NCBI GenBank assembly: GCA_965216215.1
Contig: CBDCFO010000006.1
Coordinates: 208,626-272,625, forward strand
DNA length: 64,000 bases
Source of the DNA: Bryobacterales bacterium
Lineage (GTDB): Bacteria; Acidobacteriota; Terriglobia; Bryobacterales; UBA6623
Direction of reading: 5' to 3'
This document shows, one piece after another, positions 39,959 through 48,861 of the stretch. The notes under the pieces are model-generated. The model did no database searches. It saw only the letters and a list, made by a program, of their open reading frames with translations, and was not told where the DNA came from. Positions within the stretch are counted from its first letter, which is position 1, and every line of letters starts with the position of its first letter. Made by a program: the position numbers and the translations under genes.

Positions 39959-40674
39959 CCCGTCGGTGGCTTGTCTTGCGGCTTGACGCACCGATGATGT
40001 CGTTCGGTGGGGTGGCCATCGACCAAGTCGGCCCGGTACGGGCATTCCCTGCAGCCTCGATGCTGACTGGACTCATCGGCAATGCACTCGGCTGGCACTG
40101 GTCGGACGGCGCTACGCATCAAGCGACCCAAGACCGGCTGGTTTTTGCCGTTCGTCGTGAGCGGGAAGGTCAATTGCTGACCGACTCGCAGAACGCGCAG
40201 CTGACCAAGAATGACAGGGGCTGGACGACTCGCGGCGTGCCGGAAGGACGTGAGGGTGCGAGCTATAGCGCTCCTCACCGGCGATTGCGTGAGTATCACG
40301 CCGATCTGTCGGCTCGTGTCGTACTACGTCTTGATCCGGCGGGAGAGACTCCGACACTCGAAGAATTGGCCCAAGCCTTCGACCGACCGGCACGGCCCCT
40401 GTTCCTGGGACGCAAACCATTCCTGCCATCGGCACCGCTGCTGGCTCGTGATCCGGCCCGCTGGGTGACCGGGGACACCGCTTACGAAGCGCTCAGCTCA
40501 GTGCCGGGCGGAGGCGGGCGCCTCCGTGCGCTTTGGCCGGTCGGACAGGGTCCAGAAGGAGGCGACGTCGTTGACCGGATCGTCGACCTAGCCGATCTTC
40601 GGAACTGGCACACCGGACTGCACGGTGGCTCGCGCCGGGTCGTGGAGGGCTGGATCACTCCTGCCGTCGGATGA
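39955..40674 (+). CDS. cas5: Cas5e (CasD), second divergent copy
   Basis: With a GTG start, the N-terminus TRRWLVLRLDAPMMSFGGVAIDQVGPVRAFPAASMLTGLIGNALG matches the Cas5e signature (compare the intact copy FVIFTLTAPMGAFGD...SAVLGLVGAALG). Confidence 0.75.
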   Translation: MTRRWLVLRLDAPMMSFGGVAIDQVGPVRAFPAASMLTGLIGNALGWHWSDGATHQATQDRLVFAVRREREGQLLTDSQNAQLTKNDRGWTTRGVPEGREGASYSAPHRRLREYHADLSARVVLRLDPAGETPTLEELAQAFDRPARPLFLGRKPFLPSAPLLARDPARWVTGDTAYEALSSVPGGGGRLRALWPVGQGPEGGDVVDRIVDLADLRNWHTGLHGGSRRVVEGWITPAVG

Positions 40675-41456
40675 CTGTGCTGAATCTGATCCGCATACCG
40701 ATAGCGACCGACGCGCTGGCACGTTGGGCCGGGGACCGCGGCTGGGTCGTCAGACACGGTGGGCTTGCCACATTCGACGAAGGCCGTGCGTTGCATCACT
40801 TGGCGGGCGAGGTGTTGGGACCGGGAACTCTTCGCCCGTTCCGCCTGTTTGTTCCGCCCCGCGGTACCGCAGGCAACCTGTACGGGTACTCTCGGCTGGA
40901 TGCTGAGGATTTCCGCGCTGCTGCTCGCACTTATGCCCTGCTGGACCATCTGAATGTTCTGTCTCCGGACCGCATCGAAAGCAAGTCTATGCCTGAAGCG
41001 TGTCGCGTCGGACAGCAACTGGGATTCGACCTTCGCGCGCGGCCGGTTCGACGGTTGCGGAACGATCTGGATATCCCGTCGCACCGGATTGGCAAGGGGG
41101 CCGAGATTGATGCGTTCCTGCTGGAAGCCTTGCGCCGGCACCCCGAGGATCCCGACGGTATGAAGAGAGAGAATCGGACGCGCGAGGCCGTTTACCTCGA
41201 CTGGCTGGCAGAACGCCTGGCACCGGCAGCCACGCTCAACCGCCAGGCATGCCGTCTCGATCGCTTCCGCCGTGTCCGTGTTGTACGTGAGTCTAGCGGT
41301 CCCGAAGGTCCAGACGCCACGATCCATGGAACCCTCGGGGTGACCAACCCGGCCGCGTTCGCCGCACTACTGGCGCGTGGAGTCGGGCGGCACTGCGCGT
41401 ATGGCTACGGCATGCTCCTGCTACGGCCACCGAATCGCCCAGTGATGCGACGCTGA
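40671..41456 (+). CDS. cas6: Cas6e (CasE), second divergent copy
   Basis: 261 aa, with an ATGA overlap with cas5. The C-terminus GVGRHCAYGYGMLLLRP parallels GFGRAKAWGCGLMLIRR of the intact Cas6e. Confidence 0.7.
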   Translation: MTVLNLIRIPIATDALARWAGDRGWVVRHGGLATFDEGRALHHLAGEVLGPGTLRPFRLFVPPRGTAGNLYGYSRLDAEDFRAAARTYALLDHLNVLSPDRIESKSMPEACRVGQQLGFDLRARPVRRLRNDLDIPSHRIGKGAEIDAFLLEALRRHPEDPDGMKRENRTREAVYLDWLAERLAPAATLNRQACRLDRFRRVRVVRESSGPEGPDATIHGTLGVTNPAAFAALLARGVGRHCAYGYGMLLLRPPNRPVMRR

Positions 41457-41840
41457 ATGCTCAAGGGTCGACTCGGCATAGATAGTGCGCACGTCCCTCA
41501 CAAGGAGCGCGCCGGATTACTCTACCTCGCGCGCGGCGCACTGACCGCGCGCGACGGCACGCTAGCTTTCCTGCAGTCGGTGATCATGCGATTCCGCTGC
41601 AGTCCGTCTCTATGATTCTGCTCGGCCCCGGCTCCACCGTCAGCCACGACGCCCTGCGCCTTCTCGCCCATGCGCGCACGGCTCTTGCCGCGGTCGGGGA
41701 AGATGGTGTGCGGCTCTATACCGCACCGCCGCTGATCCCGGATCGATCCGGTCTCGCACGGCATCAGGCGCGGTTGTGGGCCAATGAAGGTCAACGAGTG
41801 TCGACGGCGCGGCGCATGTATGCATGGCGTTTCGGAAAGG
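41457..41840 (+). pseudogene. cas1: Cas1, second copy: frameshifted and 3'-truncated
   Basis: MLKGRLGIDSAHVPHKERAGLLYLARGALTARDGTLAFLQS is followed by a frame change near 41580. The sequence then reads IPLQSVSMILLGPGSTVSHDALRLLAHARTALAAVGEDGVRLYTA...RRMYAWRFG. Homology stops at about 41840, where an IS1634 fragment begins. Confidence 0.7.
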
Positions 41841-41844
41841 TGCC

Positions 41845-41961
41845 AAGGTTGAGCAGGGTGCGCTGGCGCACCTTGTCAGCGACGCGCTGGGAGCGGACGA
41901 GGCGGAAGGTGAAGTACTCCTTGCCGTCGCGGGAGCGGGTGCGAGTGCGACAGACGAACAT
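41845..41961 (-). pseudogene. IS1634-family transposase, N-terminal ~38 codons only
   Basis: MFVCRTRTRSRDGKEYFTFRLVRSQRVADKVRQRTLLNLG is the characteristic IS1634 N-terminus. Confidence 0.6.
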
Positions 41962-42062
41962 ACCCCCAAGGGAGCACGGGGCGGGCGGGAAGTCAAGCGT
42001 CAGTCACATTTTATGGCACTACATTTCGGATTCCGGGAAGCCCCTGACGGAAAATCAACGAC

Positions 42063-42480
42063 TCATGCGCCCGGAAGGCCGGAATTCGGTCGAAATCGCC
42101 CCTCGGCCTGACAAACATCGGCTGGCAGCCACCGTTCCACCGTGAACTTCCACGACGCAATATAGCCGCGGTCCAGTTTGCCCTCCAACGCACTACGGAA
42201 TCCAGCCGTGACCGGCACGTCAATCACTCCTTGCTCAAGGTCCGGCCCGACCACTGGCGGAATACCGTCCGATAGCGACCTGAATAGCTCGAAAGTATCC
42301 GGGCGTTGGAAATGGAGCGCGACTGTGATCGGGTATTGACCGCGCATCGGCCGGAAGAACGGCATCGGGCTGTACTTGATCCGAATCCAGTCCGAATTTC
42401 GGTGCGGTCGTCGACACGGTAAGCGATGCAGGCTCTGGGCAAGAGCAAGCCTTTGCTGACCTCGATACCAGCGTTCCTCG
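42063..42480 (-). pseudogene. TonB-dependent receptor fragment
   Basis: IAYRVDDRTEIRTGFG parallels GAAYRVDDSTVLRGGYG of the receptor at 122..3478. It is split over two frames (ORFs 42224..42532 and 42063..42365). Confidence 0.45.
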
Positions 42481-42485
42481 GAGTG

Positions 42486-43619
42486 CTACCGCGATAGCAC
42501 GGCCCGATAGACCACTTCGTAGCGATCGACAAGCCCGGCCTGCCGAAAGTCTTCGGCCCGTCGGCGCGCCCCGATTTTCAGCCGTCCGTGCTGTTCCCTG
42601 TCGGCAAGGATCTCCGCTGCCTTCTCACCCATGGCCGCCACCTCCCCTACTGGAAACAAGTGGCCGGCCTCGCCTTCGGTCACAAGTTCCGGCAAACCGC
42701 CGACATTAGAGGCGATCACGGGCACGCCACAGGCCATGGCCTCCAAGGCGGCCAGTCCGAAGCTCTCCTGCTCACTCGGAAGCAGAAAGAGGTCTAGCTC
42801 CGGCAGCAGCTCCGCTGCATCCTGCTCGGAGCCTAGGAATTCGATCCTGTCCAGCACGCCCAGCTCGTCCGCCACCAGCTTTACAGCCTGCAAGTCGGGA
42901 CCGTCGCCGATCATCAGCAAGCAAGCGGGAACGTGCTGCACGATGCGGTGAAACGCCCTGACGACGTCCGGGACGCGCTTTACCCACCGAAAGTTCGACA
43001 GGTGCCCCACCAAGGCCTCGTCTCCGCAGGCGAAGCGGGACCGCGCGGTGCCGTCGCGATTGGAGGGCGAGAATCGCTCCAGATCGACGAAGTTATGGAT
43101 CGTCGTGACTTCGCCTTCGAAGTTGAAGCGAACCTTCACCTGCCGGGTAAGGTAGTTTGACACGGCCGTGACTCCATCGCTTTCGAGCAGGCTGAAGCGT
43201 GTGATCTCGTAGAAGGAATCATCGAGTCCGACCAAAGTGATGTCCGTACCGTGCAGCGTGGTCACGATCTTTGGCGCGCGGCGGCCCAGCATCTGGCAGC
43301 AGAGATACGCGCTGACGGCGTGCGGGATTGCATAATGGGCGTGGAGCACGTCAATCGGCTCTTCGCGACACAGCGCTGCCAGTTTCGTGGCCAAGGCCAA
43401 GGTGTAGGGCGGATACGTGAACAGCGGATACCGCGTGACCGGCACTTCGTGGAAGCGAACCCGCGGATGGGGCGTGGAAGTTCGGACCGGGCGCCGGTGG
43501 CTGACGATATGGATCGTGTGGCCTCTCTCGGCCAGCGCCATGCCAAGGTCCGTGGCCACGACCCCACTGCCGCCCAGAGTCGGGTGGCAAATGATGGCAA
43601 CTGTCAGCGGTCTTTCCAT
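42486..43619 (-). CDS. bshA: N-acetyl-alpha-D-glucosaminyl L-malate synthase BshA (GT4 glycosyltransferase)
   Basis: The ATG at 43619 gives MERPLTVAIICHPTLGGSGVVATDLGMALAERGHTIHIV...ESFGLAALEAMACGVPVIASNVGGLPE (378 aa). It overlaps bshB1 by 16 nt. The longer 489-aa ORF is an out-of-context upstream extension. Confidence 0.8.
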   Translation of the reverse strand: MERPLTVAIICHPTLGGSGVVATDLGMALAERGHTIHIVSHRRPVRTSTPHPRVRFHEVPVTRYPLFTYPPYTLALATKLAALCREEPIDVLHAHYAIPHAVSAYLCCQMLGRRAPKIVTTLHGTDITLVGLDDSFYEITRFSLLESDGVTAVSNYLTRQVKVRFNFEGEVTTIHNFVDLERFSPSNRDGTARSRFACGDEALVGHLSNFRWVKRVPDVVRAFHRIVQHVPACLLMIGDGPDLQAVKLVADELGVLDRIEFLGSEQDAAELLPELDLFLLPSEQESFGLAALEAMACGVPVIASNVGGLPELVTEGEAGHLFPVGEVAAMGEKAAEILADREQHGRLKIGARRRAEDFRQAGLVDRYEVVYRAVLSR

Positions 43620-44344
43620 GGCTCGTTGCTGAACAGCCCGACGAGATCGTCGACCGGAATAGGGACTTCGCTGGTGAATGGCTCGCCGTAGGCGACGCCG
43701 ATGAGCGAGCCGTAGTACGCCAAGGTCGCTTCGATGGACTTGAGGAACCGTGACGAGGCCAGGCGCACCGGGAAGTGCGCCGGCTGGTCGACGCCGAATT
43801 GCGATTCGTACACCCGGACAGCCTTCATTCGCTGTTCGAAGACATCCGAAATATCGACGACTAGCTGTGGGGCAACGGCCCGGCTGCCAAAGTGCTGCAA
43901 GAGGGCCTTGGGTCTCCACGGCGGGCTGCCCGGAGCATACTTCCTCACCCCGCACAGAAACAAGCTCTGGCGCAAGAGCTCGGCGGTTGCCATGTGATCA
44001 GGGTGGTGGTCCTCGCGCGGAGGGCCGACCACCACCTCCGGCATCAGATCGCGGACGGTCTCCACGATCAGCCTGCGGTTTGCATCGGTGTCGCGCAGGT
44101 GACCGTCCGCGAGCCCCAGGTTGCGCCGGTGCGCCAAGCCGAGGATATCACCCGCACGGCGAGCCTCGCTCAGCCGCGTTTCTGGCGTTCCGAGGCTGCC
44201 GGCTTCGCCTCGCGTCAAGTCAACCACGCCCGTCTTCCAGCCCTTGGCCGCGGCCACCAGCAGCAGGCCGCCGCAGCACAGTTCGGCATCGTCGGGATGG
44301 GCCGAGAAGACCAGGAGGTCGCAGCCCGGATCGGACTTCGCCAT
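43604..44344 (-). CDS. bshB1: Bacillithiol biosynthesis deacetylase BshB1 (LmbE/PIG-L family)
   Basis: LLVFSAHPDDAELCCGG...HPDH are the zinc-binding motifs of the PIG-L fold. The gene lies directly upstream of bshA and overlaps it. Confidence 0.8.
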   Translation of the reverse strand: MAKSDPGCDLLVFSAHPDDAELCCGGLLLVAAAKGWKTGVVDLTRGEAGSLGTPETRLSEARRAGDILGLAHRRNLGLADGHLRDTDANRRLIVETVRDLMPEVVVGPPREDHHPDHMATAELLRQSLFLCGVRKYAPGSPPWRPKALLQHFGSRAVAPQLVVDISDVFEQRMKAVRVYESQFGVDQPAHFPVRLASSRFLKSIEATLAYYGSLIGVAYGEPFTSEVPIPVDDLVGLFSNEPWKDR

Positions 44345-44536
44345 ACCCGACTAGCTTAGCCAGTCGGGCGATCCCGACCATTCGCCCCTCGCTCGCCCGT
44401 TTGGGAGTCCGGGCCATCACCCCGAAACACTGACCTGAACCAAGGTCCCAGTTCGGCGAATCCTACCCGCAGCAAATCAGCCGTGCTACATTTTGACAAG
44501 TTCTGCGCCCACGCGGGCACTCGGAGGGTTCTAAAC

Positions 44537-45100
44537 ATGAAGAAAGAATTCTCGAGGCGCGATGCGGTTCGCTGGGCGAGCGGCGCGGCGATGGCGACCA
44601 TGTTCCTGCCGTTCAGCGCCAAGTTCGCAGCTTGGTCGCATCCCACCGAAGAGCCGCTGGCGACGCTCTTGCTGTGACGCACCGGCCGGGAAGTGACCAC
44701 CTTCGGCCCGGCCGGCGGCAACCAGATCCAGTGGGACCTGCCCGGCGACGAAGCCGTGCAGATCGTGGTCAAGGCCGTGCGGGCGGGCATGACGTACCTC
44801 GAAACCGCCAACAACTATTTCCTCAGCCAAGAGAAGATGGGCATGGCTTTCGGCATCCTGAACCTCAAGCCCGGCATTGATCACAGCCTGCGGGCACGCC
44901 TGTTCCGGGCGCTGCACGCGGGGCTGGCCCGAAGGGCTGCACGAAGCGCTACGACAAGGTGCTGGAACGGCTCAAGGAACGCTACCGGCAAGTCGCCGGG
45001 CAGTATGACATTGCCGTCGAGCGCGGTAGCGGCCAGGGGCGCGCGGCGCAGCCAATGGCATTTACCGAGTGCGTGGAGCCTTAGGCCTGGTGGACTCGGA
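44537..45100 (+). pseudogene. Tat-signal aldo/keto reductase, in-frame TGA and 3' decay/truncation
   Basis: MKKEFSRRDAVRWASGAAMATMFLP is a twin-arginine-like signal. An in-frame TGA lies at 44675..44677. Then comes RTGREVTTFGPAGGNQ...DEAVQIVVKAVRAGMTYLETANNY, an AKR N-terminal motif. Similarity is lost after about 44880 and the IS4-type element follows. Confidence 0.5.
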
Positions 45101-45190
45101 GCGTAATCGCCTTGAGATCAGCAGCTTATGGCTCAGGAAAGATTTTCTTGCGAATGCGCTTGACTTTAGCGGCCAATTCTGGCAGGTTGA

Positions 45191-47443
45191 ATGGGGAGGG
45201 TAACCGCTTTGGACCCGTTGATCCAGAATCTCAAGTCCACCAGCTTCTGCGGCCGACGCCTCACCCGCCGGCAGATCGCCGACATCCAGGAGGTCGTCCG
45301 CACGTTCCCCAAACTCAGCCGCAACGAACTGGGCCAAACCATCTGCGCGCACCTGCGGTGGCAGACCCCCTCCGGCAGCAACCGCATCCAGCTGGCGATG
45401 CGTCTGCTGGAGGAACTCGAACGGCTCTCGATCCTGACCCTGCCGCCCAAGCAGCGCCCCGGACGGGGCCGGCAAGAGCCGCTCGTGCCGGGCCCGCGGT
45501 CCGCTCCCCGGCCCGCCATCGAGGTGCCCCTGGCCGCGCTCACCCCGTTGCGGCTGGAGCTCGCGAGCGGCTCTGAGGCGGTTGCGGAGTGGAACGAATT
45601 CGTCGCACGCTACCACCCGCTCGGCTACCGCCAGCCGCTCGGCCAGCACCTGCGCTACTTCCTGCGCGACCGTGACGGCCGCTCGCTGGGCTGCCTGCTG
45701 TTCGACTTCGCGGCGGTCCAACTCGGCTGCCGCGACCAGTGGATCGGCTGGCAGGGGCAGGCCCACCGCAAGTACCTGCATCTGGTGGTGCGGAATGCAA
45801 GATATCTTCTGTTCCCGTGGGTCTCGGTGCAGCATCTGGCCAGCCACGCGCTGGGGCTGGCGGCCCGCCAGCTGCCGGACGACTGGCAGCGGGCGCACGG
45901 TTCGCGACCGGTTCTGTGCGAGACCTATGTCGACCCGCAACTCCACCGGGGGACCTGCTACCGGGCGGCTGGATGGCAGTGCCTGGGGCTCACCACAGGG
46001 GCGCGCGCGACCGCCTCGCAGCCGGCCAGGACGCCCAAGCAGGTCTGGGTGCGCCCGCTGCGGCAGGACTTTCGCTCGATCCTGCTCAACGGCCCGCCCA
46101 AGCGCACCCGCCAGCGGCGCGAGCCCGCCAGCGTCGACGCCTCGTTCGTGCAACTGTGGCAGGGCCTGATCGGCACGCTGACGCGGGTGGCGTCCGCGTA
46201 CGACCGCGAGTGGGTGCGCCGCCAGCGGACGCTGAACACCCTGCTGGTGGTCCTGTTCGTGTACCGCATCGTGTTCACGCCGGACAGCCGGGGCTACGCC
46301 ACGGTGCTGGCGGAGTTGTGGGCGCAGTGCCGTGCCCTGGACCTCGCACTGCCGGAGCGGCCGGTCACGCCGGCCGCGATCTGCCGGGCCCGCGCCAAGG
46401 TCAGCGAGGAGGTCTTCCTGCGCATCCACCGCGCCGTGCTCGCCGCAGGCCCCCCGGACCCGCCCCACAGCCTGTGGCTGGGCCACCGCACCTTCGCCGT
46501 CGACGGCTCCAAGCTCAACCTGCCCCGCCCGCTCGTCGCGTCCGGCTACCGCACACCCTCCCCGACGGCTGACTACCCGCAAGGCCTGCTCAGCTGCCTG
46601 TACCGGCTGCACACCCGCCTGCCGATCGACTTCGGCCTGCACGCCCACGCTGACGAGCGCCGTGCCGCCCGGCTGCATCTCGACGCCCGCGCCCCCGGCG
46701 ACGTCGTCGTCTATGACCGCGGCTACTACTCCTTCGCCCTGCTGCACGCCCACGCCGAGCGCGGCCTGCACGCCGTGTTCCGCCTGCAGGGCAACGCCAA
46801 CACGGCGTTCAAGGCCTTCATCCAATCCGACCGCCACGAGGCGCTCGTGACCCTCGCACCGACCGCTGAGGCCCGCTGCCAGCAGCCCGCGGCCGACTGG
46901 CGTCCCCTGCGGGTGCGGCTGGTCAAGTACACCGTCGGCCAGACCGTCTTCTCGCTCGCGACCACCCTGCTCGACGCCGCCCTCTACCGGGGGCCGGACC
47001 TCGCCCGGCTCTAGCATGGCCGCTGGAGCCTCGAGGAGTACTACAAGATCAGCAAAACCATGCTCGTCGTGGAGCAGTTCCGGGGCCGCAGCGAGCGGCT
47101 GGTGCGCCAGGAGCTGTACGCCCACTTCACGCTGGCAGCGCTGTCCCGGCTGTTCGCCAACCACAGCGAGGAGGCCTTCCGGGAGGGCCCGGACGGGCAC
47201 GGTCGGCCGGCGGTGCTGGCCAACTTCCGCCATACGCTGCACACGGTCGGGCGCCATCTGGAAGGGCTGTTCCTGAAGCGCGCCAAGGCGGTGGGCGATG
47301 TGCTGCAGCGGATCCTGGACGGGATCGGGGCCAGCCGCCAGCGGCGGCGACCGGGCCGCTCCTACCCGCGCCGTTCGCGCAAGCCCGAGACGAAGTGGAG
47401 GAACCGCAAGGCAGCCGGAACCGCAAGTCCAGCTATAGCCTGA
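45191..47443 (+). pseudogene. DUF4338 (DruA-like) domain fused to IS4-family DDE transposase; single in-frame TAG
   Basis: The N-terminal half reads W.EFVARYHPLGY...LRYFL...GCLLF...RDQWIGW...VVRNARYLLFPWVSVQHLASHALGLAARQLPDDW...PVLCETYVDP...YRAAGW, which is the DUF4338 pattern. The C-terminal half is DDE_Tnp_4-like (FAVDGSKLNLP...VVVYDRGYYSF). TAG at 47012..47014 replaces the Tyr of the Y-R-E-K block (LARL*HGRWSLEEYYKISK). The frame then continues to 47443. Confidence 0.7.
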
Positions 47444-47477
47444 CACCGTCGAAAATCGAGCCCGAACCCGAATTCCT

Positions 47478-47774
47478 TTTATGTTAGAGAGGTGCCGGAG
47501 AGAGGGATGGTCGCCACTGCCTCGGACTCTCTCTCCCCAGTGCCGCAGGTGGCGATAGCCACCGCTGCGGCAGGTAACAGATCCCTCCCTGCCCCAGCGC
47601 AGGGAGGCCCCCGGTGGGGCCTGGCCAGGCCCCACCGGGGGCGACGGGCCGGACCGTTTCACCCTCGGATATCAGATCCGTACTTAAGCTTGGTCGGCCT
47701 GTCGCAGCAATTCCTGCGCGACCTGAACGGAAGCGCGGATCAGACCCGCATCGCAAAAGGATAGGTACGCAGGA
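47478..47774 (+). ncRNA. Candidate IS110 bridge (guide) RNA in the left non-coding end
   Basis: The region has no coding potential and is densely structured. It includes the hairpin GCCGCAGGTGGC-GATA-GCCACCGCTGCGGC and a 36-bp perfect palindrome at 47607..47642. It shares the conserved blocks CGGACCGTTTC and AGCTTGGTCGGCC with copy 1. Variable segments are complementary to its own insertion junction (see findings). Confidence 0.45.
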
Positions 47775-48746
47775 ATGACACCTCCCACACCCACTGTAGT
47801 CGCCGGCATCGACGTCGGCAAGGCTAAGCTCGACGCCCACATTCTCGCAGGCGGAGTTGAGCGCCAGTTTGACAACACCAAGACCGGTCGCCGCGCCCTG
47901 CGCAACTGGCTGCTCAAGCACGACGTCACCCGGGCCGTATTCGAACCCACCGGCCGCTACCATCGCAACCTTCACCAGTGCCTTGCTGAAGCTGGCTTCG
48001 AGACCGTCCTGGTCAACCCCTTGCGCTCCCGGCGCTTCGCCGAAGCCATAGGAAGGCTCGCCAAGAATGACCGCGTCGATGCCGCCATGCTCGCTCGCTT
48101 TGGCCTCCTCGACGGCCTGGAAGCCACCCCGCCCCAGCCGCACAACCTCCAGCTGCTCAATGACTTGCTCGCCCTCCGCCGCAAACTCCTCGAGCAGCTC
48201 GGCGCCCTCCGCAAGCTCGCCGCCGAACTCGACCCCGAGGCCGCCGGCTGCCTCGGCACCACCCTCAAGGCCCTGCAGGCCGACATCGCTGCCTGCGACC
48301 GCCGCATGCGCCACTGCATCGCTGCCGACGCCGCACTCTCCCGTCGCGACGCCATCATCCAGTCGATCCCCGGCTTCGGCCCCGTCAACGCCGCCTCCCT
48401 CTGCGCCGCCATGCCCGAACTCGGCAGCCTCGGCCGCCGCAAGGCCGCCTCCCTCTTCGGCCTCGCCCCCTTCGACCGCGACTCCGGCCAGCACCGCGGC
48501 AGCCGCGCCATCCGTGGTGGCCGCGCCCAGCCCCGCCACCTGCTCTACATGGCCGCCATGTCCGCGATTCGCCACGAGCCTGCCTCCAAGGCCTGCTACC
48601 AGCGCCTCACCGCCGACGGCAAACCGCACAAAGTTGCTCTCGTCGCTGTCATGCGCAAGCTTGCCGGCCTGCTCGACACCCTCCTCCGCGCAGACCGCCT
48701 CTGGCTGCCCGAGCCGCCCAACTGCGAACTGGAGGCCGCCGCGTGA
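47775..48746 (+). CDS. IS110-family (DEDD) transposase/recombinase, copy 2
   Basis: 323 aa with VAGIDVGKAKLD...FEPTGRYH...KNDRVDA, and SIPGFGPVNAASLCAAMPELG...FDRDSGQHRGSRAIRGGR. Confidence 0.9.
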   Translation: MTPPTPTVVAGIDVGKAKLDAHILAGGVERQFDNTKTGRRALRNWLLKHDVTRAVFEPTGRYHRNLHQCLAEAGFETVLVNPLRSRRFAEAIGRLAKNDRVDAAMLARFGLLDGLEATPPQPHNLQLLNDLLALRRKLLEQLGALRKLAAELDPEAAGCLGTTLKALQADIAACDRRMRHCIAADAALSRRDAIIQSIPGFGPVNAASLCAAMPELGSLGRRKAASLFGLAPFDRDSGQHRGSRAIRGGRAQPRHLLYMAAMSAIRHEPASKACYQRLTADGKPHKVALVAVMRKLAGLLDTLLRADRLWLPEPPNCELEAAA

Positions 48747-48861
48747 TACGTCTGCTGGCATCCCCCCAACCTAAGGTCGGCACTGCGAGGAAACCCCGCC
48801 TCAATCGCCTCTCATCACCACTCTTCCCCGAAATTACCCTTGACAAGAAACACGGAAGCTT

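Larger units (their letters stand above)
47478..48858 (+). mobile_element. IS110-family element, copy 2 (intact)
   Basis: CT core dinucleotides lie at 47476-77 and 48859-60. The left end begins TTTATGTT. The right end is ...CCCTTGACAAGAAACACGGAAG. A 297-nt non-coding left end precedes the recombinase gene. Confidence 0.65.

Noticed and set aside
44675-44677. The in-frame TGA in the aldo/keto reductase read as a selenocysteine codon.
   Set aside because: The position lies between the signal peptide and the AKR core, not at a catalytic Cys. No obvious SECIS-like hairpin follows, and the gene is also decayed at its 3' end. A nonsense mutation is more parsimonious.
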